Source of the DNA: a virus
Strand: one strand, 5' to 3'
DNA length: 45,672 nt
Virus record (IMG/VR): IMGVR_UViG_3300001203_000001
Coordinates: 1-45,672 of that record
Shown here: positions 25,455 through 33,169 of the stretch, in pieces
Layout: every line of letters starts with the position of its first letter
Numbering within the stretch: the first letter of the stretch is position 1
The notes under the pieces: model-generated
Database searches by the model: none
What the model was told of the DNA's origin: nothing
The model's input: only the letters and a program-made list of their open reading frames with translations
Position numbers and translations under genes: made by a program

Positions 25455-25795
25455 TGCTAGCTTGTGCTATAGGCACATTAGTTATAGCCTTTATTTTAAA
25501 TTTGTAACACAGGTAGAAGCTGTAAGGGCTTCATGTTGGTAAGACAGATTAATTTCCTATGGTTACGGTCATGGTGAAAACATCAATTCTTACAAGTCGG
25601 TTGCAAACGGCGATACCTGAGTAAGTATCAAAAAGGCTCAACAAATTAAAAGAATTCCTTAATCGAAAGAGAAAGACCGCAAAACCCTACTAACTAAGGG
25701 ATTGCACCACCCATACATACCCTCACCCTTATGGGAGATTTCCTTTGCACAGGATGAAAGAGATTGGCATGGGAGCACCTAGAAGTGCTTTAAAT

Positions 25796-25825
25796 TTGTA
25801 GTTAGGATTAAGGTAAATTCATAAT
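25796..25825 (+). promoter_or_regulatory. candidate sigma70 promoter
   Basis: TTGTAG, an 18-nt spacer, then CATAAT, ending 20 nt upstream of the 25846 gene. Confidence 0.3.
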
Positions 25826-25845
25826 GTTAAGGACACAAAACTGGT

Positions 25846-26715
25846 ATGAAAAAAATTGAAACCCTTGTAGAAGACATCTATCAGGTTCTAGAGGGGAAAA
25901 CTCCTCTAGACCTACCAGATCATTTAGCCGAAGCTTTCGGTAAACGTATGGTCGAGATGGTTTCTACCCGAATAGGACGAAAGTCCTCTGAAGCGACTGT
26001 AGAGTTTAAACCAAAACTTCGTATGTCAAATTTAGGTAAGCCATGTGAACGACAGGTTTACTTACAAATACACTACCATAAAGACCCTAGAATGGAAGAC
26101 CTTAGAGGTGAAACCTTCCTTAAGTTTCTATATGGAGATGTTATTGAAGAGCTTATTCTTTTCTTAGCCGAAGCTGCTGGACATACTGTAACAGGTATGC
26201 AAGATCAAATGGAATTAGAAGGTGTTGTAGGGCACAGAGACGCTGTCATTGATGGTGTTCTTGTTGATGTAAAATCTGCTAGTTCGTATTCTTTTATTAA
26301 ATTCCGTGAAGGTAAGTTAGTAGAAAACGATCCGTTTGGTTATATAGGTCAAATTCAAAGTTATTTAGAAGCATCCCAGGATGATGATCTAGTAACAGAT
26401 AAAAACCGATGTGCATTCTTAGTTATGGATAAAACACTCGGACACTTGTGTTTAGATATCCACAACAAAGTGCCATTTGATGTCAGAGAAATTACTCGAC
26501 GTAAAGTAAAAGTTATGGAGAGTGTTGATCTACCCGATAGGGGTTTCCAACCAGAACCTGATGGTATGTCAGGTAATATGAAACTTCCTATGACTTGTTC
26601 TTACTGTAGTGCAAAGAGTATTTGCCACGATAACATCAGGACATTTCTATATTCAAATGGCCCTCGTTACTTAACAACGGTAAAGAAACTTCCTAATGTA
26701 ACGGAGCTTACTTAA
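25846..26715 (+). CDS. PD-(D/E)xK exonuclease, Cas4/RecB-like, with Fe-S-type Cys motif
   Basis: The catalytic region HRDAVIDGVLVDVKS carries D...DxK. One N-terminal Cys (KPCERQ) plus C-terminal CSYCSAKSIC (CxxCx5C). Confidence 0.65.
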   Translation: MKKIETLVEDIYQVLEGKTPLDLPDHLAEAFGKRMVEMVSTRIGRKSSEATVEFKPKLRMSNLGKPCERQVYLQIHYHKDPRMEDLRGETFLKFLYGDVIEELILFLAEAAGHTVTGMQDQMELEGVVGHRDAVIDGVLVDVKSASSYSFIKFREGKLVENDPFGYIGQIQSYLEASQDDDLVTDKNRCAFLVMDKTLGHLCLDIHNKVPFDVREITRRKVKVMESVDLPDRGFQPEPDGMSGNMKLPMTCSYCSAKSICHDNIRTFLYSNGPRYLTTVKKLPNVTELT

Positions 26716-26987
26716 TGAAAAGACTACCTCAACCCACTCTGTGGGAAAAACTAACGATAACTCCAAGGTATGTAAGAAAAATCCAAAAAGATATTTATTG
26801 GCAAGATGAAGACGTTACTGAGTCTATATACTACGAGGTTTACGAGTATCCATCTGGGGGTATCTATATAGATTTTTACACACAAGGCCAACACTTAAGA
26901 GGTTTAGGGGAAACTTACCCTAGGCACTACATGCCTGAAATAGAGAATATAATTCGGTCAGCTCTTGAAAGAATAAAAAATGAGTAG
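26715..26987 (+). CDS. hypothetical protein
   Basis: 90-aa ORF coupled to the upstream gene by TAATG. Confidence 0.6.
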   Translation: MKRLPQPTLWEKLTITPRYVRKIQKDIYWQDEDVTESIYYEVYEYPSGGIYIDFYTQGQHLRGLGETYPRHYMPEIENIIRSALERIKNE

Positions 26988-27306
26988 AGCATATCACTTA
27001 AAGAGAACCTACGGCATCACAGAAGATCAGTATGACAAGATGTTAAAAAAACAAAAACATTGTTGTTTTATCTGTGAAAAGCATGAGTCTGAATTTAAGA
27101 CTCGGCTTGCCGTAGACCATAACCATATAACAGGAGAGATTAGAGGGTTACTATGTAATTATTGCAACCGACGAATTGTAGGCAGAAATAGAGACCCTAA
27201 AATTGCCTATAGATTATACAAATATCTGTCACAAGGCACTGGTTGGATTGTACCACCTAAGCCTAAAAAGAAACGTAAAAAGAAATCTCCTAAGAAAAAA
27301 GGGTAA
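26980..27306 (+). CDS. recombination endonuclease VII (Holliday junction resolvase)
   Basis: CCFICEK..LAVDHNHITGEIRGLLCNYCN matches the T4 endo VII zinc/HNH-like core. Basic C-terminal tail. Confidence 0.8.
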   Translation: MSRAYHLKRTYGITEDQYDKMLKKQKHCCFICEKHESEFKTRLAVDHNHITGEIRGLLCNYCNRRIVGRNRDPKIAYRLYKYLSQGTGWIVPPKPKKKRKKKSPKKKG

Positions 27307-27307
27307 T

Positions 27308-27571
27308 ATGGAAAACGAAACACCAACAGCAGAAATTCTAGGTCTAGATGGGACACCTTTGTCCCAACAGGATTTAGACCAAAAGAAACAACTCGAAGGG
27401 GTTATAGAAGACAATCAATCATTGATTAACGAAATTAAACGGAAGAATCCTATAGCATTTGTATTTGTAGGAATAGCAGAAGATGGTCAAATCATCTTTT
27501 CCGATCACTTAAAAGACCCTAGCAACGCTGCTTATTTCTTGGGGTTAGGTAATAAGGTATTATTTACATGA
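27308..27571 (+). CDS. hypothetical protein
   Basis: The ATG at 27308, just after the upstream stop, is preferred over the overlapping track start at 27203. 87 aa. Confidence 0.55.
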   Translation: MENETPTAEILGLDGTPLSQQDLDQKKQLEGVIEDNQSLINEIKRKNPIAFVFVGIAEDGQIIFSDHLKDPSNAAYFLGLGNKVLFT

Positions 27572-28329
27572 GAACACACTTAGTAATTCCAGACCCTCAT
27601 GCTCACCCAGAGTTTAGCAATGACAGAGCAGATTGGTTGGGGAAATTAATTTTAGACATAAAACCCGAAGTCGTTGTTAATTTAGGGGATATGTGGGACT
27701 TTGCGTCTTTATCAACATATGACAAGAACAAAGCCTCATTCCACGGTAAGACTTATAAACAAGACTTAAATGCAGGTTTAGATTTTGATGAACGTTTGTG
27801 GAACCCTATTAAGAAAGCTCACAGGAAACGTCCTATGCGAGTCTTCCTAGAAGGAAACCATGAATTTCGTCTAAAGCGTGCTCTTGAGTTAAATCCATCT
27901 GAGCTAGAGGGTTTGGTATCATTTAATGACCTAAACCTAAAATCTAATTATGATGAAATCGTGGAGTACGAAGGTAATACCCCCGGAGTGACAAAGATTG
28001 ATGGTGTAAATTACGCACACTTCTTTACCTCAGGAGTTATGGGAAGACCTATAGGTGGAGAACATCCTGCATATAGCTTGATGACAAAGCAATACTCTTC
28101 TTGTACTTGTGGGCATATCCACATTGGAGATTGGGCTACACGTTCTGATCCTCAAGGGCGACGTATAATGGGATTAGTAGCTGGTGTTTACCAAGACTAC
28201 GAGTCACCTTGGGCAGGGGAAATTAATAAGCTTTGGCATAGAGGTGTATGGGTTTGTCACGATGTTGAAGACGGATGTTATGAACCCCAGTTTATTAGTA
28301 TAGAAAGGTTAAAAGCAGTTTATGGATAA
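27568..28329 (+). CDS. calcineurin-like metallophosphoesterase
   Basis: Motifs VIPDPHAH (DxH), LGDMWD (GDxxD) and EGNHE (GNHE). Confidence 0.75.
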   Translation: MRTHLVIPDPHAHPEFSNDRADWLGKLILDIKPEVVVNLGDMWDFASLSTYDKNKASFHGKTYKQDLNAGLDFDERLWNPIKKAHRKRPMRVFLEGNHEFRLKRALELNPSELEGLVSFNDLNLKSNYDEIVEYEGNTPGVTKIDGVNYAHFFTSGVMGRPIGGEHPAYSLMTKQYSSCTCGHIHIGDWATRSDPQGRRIMGLVAGVYQDYESPWAGEINKLWHRGVWVCHDVEDGCYEPQFISIERLKAVYG

Positions 28330-28486
28330 AATTAAACGGGAGAGATTCTTAAACCTTCTTTTAGAAGAAGAAGATTTTACTTCTATTCTAGAACGATTTG
28401 ATTTGACACCAGAAGAAGTTTTTGAATACCTATTTTTAAACGGGTTAATAGACCCAGAGACTTTATCAGAAATGATGGGGTATTAA
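28322..28486 (+). CDS. small acidic hypothetical protein (54 aa)
   Basis: The ATG at 28322 overlaps the upstream 3' end. Below the track cutoff. Confidence 0.4.
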   Translation: MDKIKRERFLNLLLEEEDFTSILERFDLTPEEVFEYLFLNGLIDPETLSEMMGY

Positions 28487-28495
28487 GGAGACAAA

Positions 28496-28972
28496 ATGGA
28501 TTATTTTATACAATCGAAACTAACAGAAACAGACCCGGGTTTTAGCCCTTGGAAAGTAGCAGCGGCGGTTCTTATTCCTGTATTTATGGTTATGGGTTAT
28601 ACATCAGCAGTTCAAGGACAAGAAGTTAATAAAGGTCTTGAAGCCCCCGACAACGGTTTTTGTTATACTTGGGAAAGTACTTTACCTAACTACCCAGAAG
28701 GTGTGGAGTACGGAGAATTCCCACAAGAAGATATTTCTGATCTTATTACAATGATGGATGATGCGTATGATGTCGGGGTAGGTCGTCTTAATGGTATTGC
28801 AGAATCAGTAGTAATCACTAAGATGGAAGGTAATCCTGTACGACAGATCATCTTCTACGATTCTGAGAATTGCCTACTAGAGGATATCAGAGCAGTGAAC
28901 ACTCCTGAGTTCTTCCAATGGTTTGATTCTGTAGTACCTTGGATTAAGATCACAACTGGAGAAGATGTTTAA
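28496..28972 (+). CDS. hypothetical protein with an N-terminal TM/signal-anchor helix
   Basis: AAGGAG RBS. Hydrophobic WKVAAAVLIPVFMVMGYTSAV near the N-terminus. Confidence 0.65.
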   Translation: MDYFIQSKLTETDPGFSPWKVAAAVLIPVFMVMGYTSAVQGQEVNKGLEAPDNGFCYTWESTLPNYPEGVEYGEFPQEDISDLITMMDDAYDVGVGRLNGIAESVVITKMEGNPVRQIIFYDSENCLLEDIRAVNTPEFFQWFDSVVPWIKITTGEDV

Positions 28973-29214
28973 TGGCTAAAAAAGACAGAGATTACGACAA
29001 AGAGTACCGTGATTATCATGGTACTGCTGAACAAAAAAAGAGACGTGCTGAAAGGAATCGAGCACGTCGTAAAGCCCTTAAGAAAGGGACTGTCAAAAAA
29101 GGCGACAACAAAGAAGTCCATCACACAAAAGCCAAGCGTAAAGGTAAGCTAAGTGGCCCGACTAAAGTAGTGTCTAGAAAGACAAACCGTAGTATTCAAC
29201 CAAAGAGAAAATAA
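28972..29214 (+). CDS. highly basic small protein (80 aa)
   Basis: TAATG coupling. The K/R-rich sequence QKKRRAERNRARRKALKK suggests nucleic-acid binding. Confidence 0.55.
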   Translation: MAKKDRDYDKEYRDYHGTAEQKKRRAERNRARRKALKKGTVKKGDNKEVHHTKAKRKGKLSGPTKVVSRKTNRSIQPKRK

Positions 29215-29582
29215 TGGATATAGAACAAGAATTCGTTGGGGGGCAGCAAAAGAAGTTTGATGATTTTATGGATTGTGTCCAAGAAGTTATTAACTGGTTT
29301 GCTGTCCAGTGGCCAGAGAGTACATTACGTCTTAATGTTAATTTAGATAATGGGACTCCGCCAGAACTTCAAGTTAAGTGTCAAGTGCTAACTGGTAAAG
29401 AAATGACATTTGAAAATCAAGGCTTCTTCGAGAATAAATTAGTAATTTCATTACAACAATGGAATGATTTATTTTTCATGGATAACCTAATGTTAGATTT
29501 TGTTAACCAATACCAAGAACAGATTAATAGGGTAATGAATAAACATTACCAAATGGAACAAGAAAGGCTCGGTGTCCATTAA
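29214..29582 (+). CDS. hypothetical protein
   Basis: 122-aa ORF, TAATG-coupled on both sides. Confidence 0.6.
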   Translation: MDIEQEFVGGQQKKFDDFMDCVQEVINWFAVQWPESTLRLNVNLDNGTPPELQVKCQVLTGKEMTFENQGFFENKLVISLQQWNDLFFMDNLMLDFVNQYQEQINRVMNKHYQMEQERLGVH

Positions 29583-31231
29583 TGGAAAAAGTATTTAGAA
29601 CCCAACTGTCTTATGATATATTCAAGATGAAGTACGCCCATGAAAAAGCTGAGACATGGGAAGAGTTGGCAAAGACTCTGGTGTCTCAAGTTTGTGGCCC
29701 CTTCTTAGATAAAGACACAGTAGAAGAGATTACACAAGCTGTAGCCGAAATGAAATTCATGCCCGGTGGTAGGTATCTATACTATGCTGGTCGTGATGTA
29801 AAGTTTTTTAATAACTGCTATCTACTGAAAGCAGAGGAAGATACTAGAGAAGATTGGGCTGACCTTTCATGGAAAGCTGAGTCTTGTCTAATAACAGGGG
29901 GTGGGATTGGTATTGATTACTCAATCTACCGTCCAGAAGGTGCTCCTATTAGGCGTACTGGAGGGACAGCATCTGGCCCTGTACCTAAGATGTTGATGAT
30001 TAATGAAATTGGTAGACGAGTAATGCAAGGCGGCTCTCGCCGTTCAGCATTATACGCCAGTCTTAATTGGCAACACAGTGATATTAACACTTTCTTAAAG
30101 GTTAAGAACTGGCAGGATATGCCGATTGCTGGTACAGACAAAACGCTTGCAGATGTTAAGATGGAAGATTGGAACTTTCCTGCCCCTCTGGATATGACAA
30201 ATATCTCAGTTAATTACGATACACAGTGGTTGTTAAACTACTATAAAACAGGAGACGTAGGGGAAGTTTTCAGAGAAAATGTTGAACAAGCTCTTACCAC
30301 AGGTGAGCCCGGATTTTCATTCAATTTCTTTGATAAAGAGAATGAAACACTTCGTAATGCGTGTACTGAGGTCACTTCTGCTGACGACAGTGATGTCTGT
30401 AATCTTGGTAGTGTTAATATGTCTCGTATTGATAACATCGATGATTTCGCTCGTATTGTGGAGCTTGGCACTATGTTTCTACTGTGTGGCACCCTTATTG
30501 CCGACTTACCATACGACAAGATTGGTGAGACCCGGATCAAAAACCGTAGACTGGGTCTTGGACTTATGGGCATCCATGAGTGGCTACTACAACAGGGTAG
30601 TCAGTACGAAGTAACTCCTGAATTACATAAATACTTGTCAGTGTATAAAGGAGTATCAGATGATGTATCAAAAAGGGAGAGTGAACGTCTTGGGATATCA
30701 GTTCCTGTGGCCAACAGAAGTATTGCTCCTACTGGTACTATTGGTATGGTTGCCGGTACTACAACTGGTATTGAGCCTGTATATGCAGTAGCCTACAAAC
30801 GTCGTTACCTTAAGAATAAAAGATGGCATTATCAATACGCTGTTGACCATTCTGCACAATTGATTATCGACAGTACTGGTATTGATCCTGATAAGATTGA
30901 ATCTGCTATTGATCTCGCAGAAGACTACGAACGTCGTATTAAGTTTCAGGCAGACGTACAAGACTACGTAGATATGGCAATCTCGTCTACGATTAATCTC
31001 CCACCTAAGGACAAACAAAAGTTTACGACTGATGAATTTGTCGAAGTCCTTGCAAAGTACGCTCCCAGACTTCGTGGGTTTACTTGTTACCCAGACGGTA
31101 GTCGAGGTGGTCAACCGTTGACTTCAGTTCCTTATTCTGAGGCTAGTAATAAACTAGGTATCGAGATGGAAGAGCATCAAGAATGGAATGATGTCTGTGA
31201 CATAACTGGGGGTGGATATTGCGGTCTATAG
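29582..31231 (+). CDS. ribonucleotide reductase (compact, probably class II/adenosylcobalamin-dependent)
   Basis: Active-site NACTEV (N-x-C-x-E) and VCNLGSVN, with a C-terminal redox Cys pair CDITGGGYCG. No partner small subunit (NrdB-like) is present in the genome. Confidence 0.75.
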   Translation: MEKVFRTQLSYDIFKMKYAHEKAETWEELAKTLVSQVCGPFLDKDTVEEITQAVAEMKFMPGGRYLYYAGRDVKFFNNCYLLKAEEDTREDWADLSWKAESCLITGGGIGIDYSIYRPEGAPIRRTGGTASGPVPKMLMINEIGRRVMQGGSRRSALYASLNWQHSDINTFLKVKNWQDMPIAGTDKTLADVKMEDWNFPAPLDMTNISVNYDTQWLLNYYKTGDVGEVFRENVEQALTTGEPGFSFNFFDKENETLRNACTEVTSADDSDVCNLGSVNMSRIDNIDDFARIVELGTMFLLCGTLIADLPYDKIGETRIKNRRLGLGLMGIHEWLLQQGSQYEVTPELHKYLSVYKGVSDDVSKRESERLGISVPVANRSIAPTGTIGMVAGTTTGIEPVYAVAYKRRYLKNKRWHYQYAVDHSAQLIIDSTGIDPDKIESAIDLAEDYERRIKFQADVQDYVDMAISSTINLPPKDKQKFTTDEFVEVLAKYAPRLRGFTCYPDGSRGGQPLTSVPYSEASNKLGIEMEEHQEWNDVCDITGGGYCGL

Positions 31232-31302
31232 GTGTTATTTACTCCATCCTACAGGTAAGACAACAACAGAAGGTAAACAAGCAAAAGGTAGAGATTTATA
31301 AA

Positions 31303-31500
31303 ATGATTAATGAAAAAAATATGAACACTAGAGTAGAATCGTTTACAGAGTTTCAAGACGCTTCTAATTGGTTAGAAAAGGCTTTGGGAGAAATCCCGGA
31401 GTCCTTCACTGTCTATAATGCAGGGGTTAATTTTATCAACAACCGATGGAGGGTAGGATTCTCTTCTGGTCCAAAACAAGGAGACTTATATAATGCCTGA
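31303..31500 (+). CDS. hypothetical protein
   Basis: The ATG at 31303 (AAGGTAGAG RBS) is preferred over the track start at 31219, which overlaps the RNR gene. Confidence 0.5.
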   Translation: MINEKNMNTRVESFTEFQDASNWLEKALGEIPESFTVYNAGVNFINNRWRVGFSSGPKQGDLYNA

Positions 31501-31684
31501 TTATAAAGTAGAAGAAAAGAAACGTACTATCTATTTCAAGAGTGGTAATCGAGCCGTATTTAAGAATGTGACTTGGTTTAATCCAGACGGTACATTCTTG
31601 AGGTTTGGATCGGATGAAGGTTATGTCTTAATCAATATGAAAGAAATTGAATATATCATTATAGACGGAGAAAGAGTTAAATAA
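31493..31684 (+). CDS. hypothetical protein
   Basis: 63-aa ORF overlapping its neighbours. Confidence 0.5.
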   Translation: MPDYKVEEKKRTIYFKSGNRAVFKNVTWFNPDGTFLRFGSDEGYVLINMKEIEYIIIDGERVK

Positions 31685-32049
31685 TGGAAATTTATCATAT
31701 ATTAGTCTGTGGGGGTCGTGAGTATTCTAATTGGAATAAATTTCGAGACACCATAACCTCAGTTTTAGAAGATTGTCCATCTAATGCAACCCCTTGTATT
31801 GTACAAGGTGGAGCCAAGGGTGCAGACTTTATGGCTAAAATTTTTGCAATCTCTAGGGGTATCCTATACTTAGAATACCCTGCCAATTGGAAAGAATATG
31901 GTAGGTCAGCAGGCCATATTCGTAATCAAGAAATGCTTGATTCAAACTATATAAACATAGGGATTGTTTTTCCCGGTGGTAGAGGGACTCAAGATATGAA
32001 GAATAAATTAGTAAAAAACAATATTGATATTGTGGAGGTGGAGAAATAA
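31684..32049 (+). CDS. SLOG-fold protein (DUF2493/YspA-like)
   Basis: ILVCGGREY ... VQGGAKGADFMA ... FPGGRGT fits the Rossmann-like SLOG family pattern GGxxGAD. Confidence 0.55.
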   Translation: MEIYHILVCGGREYSNWNKFRDTITSVLEDCPSNATPCIVQGGAKGADFMAKIFAISRGILYLEYPANWKEYGRSAGHIRNQEMLDSNYINIGIVFPGGRGTQDMKNKLVKNNIDIVEVEK

Positions 32050-32228
32050 TGAAGAGACCCCAATACGGAAAAATCCTCGTTTCAGAAATCTTTAACACTC
32101 GAGCGGAAGCAGATGAGTTTGCTAAAGAAATGAAAGAGGATTACAAAGTAGCAGATATTTCAATCAAACATGACATACAAAGGACAACGGATTCCAGATG
32201 GAAAGCAATAATATATCAGAAGATTTAA
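32049..32228 (+). CDS. small hypothetical protein (59 aa)
   Basis: TAATG coupling at 32049. Just below the track cutoff. It overlaps the next gene start by 31 nt. Confidence 0.4.
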   Translation: MKRPQYGKILVSEIFNTRAEADEFAKEMKEDYKVADISIKHDIQRTTDSRWKAIIYQKI

Positions 32229-32536
32229 GTGAGGGTTTAAAGTTTGACAGCGATAAAATTCGCATGGAGCTACTCCCACCAGAGTTACTAACTAACACTG
32301 CTCAAGTATTAACCTTCGGAGCTAATAAGTATGCAGATCGTAATTGGGAACTAGGTATGGATTGGTCTAGGGTCTATGGTGCTTTAATGAGACACCTATG
32401 GGCTTGGTGGAATCCCCTCCAATCGTCTAAGGATGAAGAAACTGGGTTCTCCCACCTCTCTCATGCATCAGCTTGTTTAACATTCCTTATGGCTTACGAA
32501 GAACGTAATGTAGGAAAGGACGACAGACCAAAATGA
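32198..32536 (+). CDS. dATP/dGTP diphosphohydrolase-like domain protein (DUF5664, MazG-related)
   Basis: KFDSDKIRMELLPPELL..VLTFGANKYADRNWE..ALMRHLWAW matches my recollection of the phage DUF5664 family. Confidence 0.55.
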   Translation: MESNNISEDLSEGLKFDSDKIRMELLPPELLTNTAQVLTFGANKYADRNWELGMDWSRVYGALMRHLWAWWNPLQSSKDEETGFSHLSHASACLTFLMAYEERNVGKDDRPK

Positions 32537-32871
32537 GAAAAGTAATTATTGAATCCCCATTTGCGGGGGATGAAGAACGGAACATTGATTATGCTAGGTT
32601 GTGTGTTAGGGATAGTTTGTCTAAGGGTGAAGCACCTATTGCTAGTCACCTACTATACACACAAAAAACAATCCTAGATGACTCAATCCCAGAAGAACGT
32701 CAACAAGGTATTGATGCTGGGTTGGCTTGGCGTGATGTCGCAGATTCTACTGTTGTTTATGTTGATTTAGGTATTTCGAAAGGTATGGAATACGGTATCA
32801 AACGAGCAGAAGAACAGGGTATTAAGATAGAGTATAGAAGTTTAATCGATCAAGAAATGAGGAGTATTTAA
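32533..32871 (+). CDS. nucleoside 2-deoxyribosyltransferase-like protein (DUF4406-type)
   Basis: VIIESPFAGD..NIDYA..EAPIASHLLY is the pattern typical of this family, which is often adjacent to DUF5664 genes in phages. Confidence 0.5.
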   Translation: MRKVIIESPFAGDEERNIDYARLCVRDSLSKGEAPIASHLLYTQKTILDDSIPEERQQGIDAGLAWRDVADSTVVYVDLGISKGMEYGIKRAEEQGIKIEYRSLIDQEMRSI

Positions 32872-32872
32872 T

Positions 32873-32971
32873 ATGAGTGGTATTGAAATAGCAGTTTTTG
32901 GAATCATAATTGTAGTTGCAATCGCTATTGTTTTAGGAATTGAGGCCCTTAGTCAGGTGAAGTGGACTTAA
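32873..32971 (+). CDS. tiny hydrophobic peptide (32 aa)
   Basis: ATG 2 nt after the upstream stop. Single TM helix IAVFGIIIVVAIAIVLGI. Confidence 0.35.
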   Translation: MSGIEIAVFGIIIVVAIAIVLGIEALSQVKWT

Positions 32972-32972
32972 G

Positions 32973-33038
32973 ATGGAAGTTGTTATAGCTGTAATCTTAA
33001 TCGCTATCTTTTTTAGTTTACTAGAGGATTCGAAATGG
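32973..33038 (+). CDS. tiny hydrophobic peptide (21 aa)
   Basis: ATG 2 nt after the previous stop. VVIAVILIAIFFSLL. Confidence 0.3.
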
Positions 33039-33169
33039 TAAAATATATCGTAGTTGAGGCAACAAATAAAGGGTTTATACAACACTCTTTCAGCACAGAA
33101 TTAGAGCGTGATGATTTTATAAGACAAAAAAGAACCCCCAAGGAGAAATCCAAGGGGGTTTTTGTTTAA
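33035..33169 (+). CDS. small hypothetical protein (44 aa)
   Basis: ATGG overlap with the previous ORF. Its 3' end runs through the terminator hairpin. Confidence 0.3.
   Translation: MVKYIVVEATNKGFIQHSFSTELERDDFIRQKRTPKEKSKGVFV
33123..33167. terminator. bidirectional rho-independent terminator at the convergence of the two arms
   Basis: Stem AACCCCC / GGGGGTT (33133-33139 / 33154-33160) with an inner GG/CC pair. It is flanked by an A-run upstream and TTTTTGTTT downstream, so a U-tract follows on both strands. Confidence 0.75.

Noticed and set aside
25460-25478. 18/19-nt match between GCTTGTGCTATAGGCACAT (25460..25478) and GCTTGTGCTGTAGGCACAT at 17..35 (also 45640..45658), next to the contig junction
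   Set aside because: A rough expectation for one such match in a 45-kb genome, both strands, is of order 0.5. The second copy is ordinary coding sequence (PTAQA), so this is probably chance.
25555-25573. Similarity of CCTATGGTTACGGTCATGG to the YGYGHG-coding segment of the amidotransferase gene (about 14559..14577)
   Set aside because: Only 17/19 identity. Hundreds of such pairs are expected by chance in a genome of this size.
25455-25845. tRNA or other canonical RNA gene in the large intergenic regions (also 9435..10148)
   Set aside because: No cloverleaf-compatible arms or T-loop consensus (GTTCRA) could be found by eye. A tRNAscan or Infernal run is still advisable.
29926-31114. ORFs 29926..30141(-), 30241..30573(-), 30279..30614(+) and 30698..31114(-) inside the RNR gene
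   Set aside because: They are off-frame or antisense to an ORF with clear RNR active-site motifs.
31853-32098. ORFs 31695..31886(-) and 31853..32098(-)
   Set aside because: They are antisense to the SLOG-like gene and the following small ORF in a unidirectional operon.
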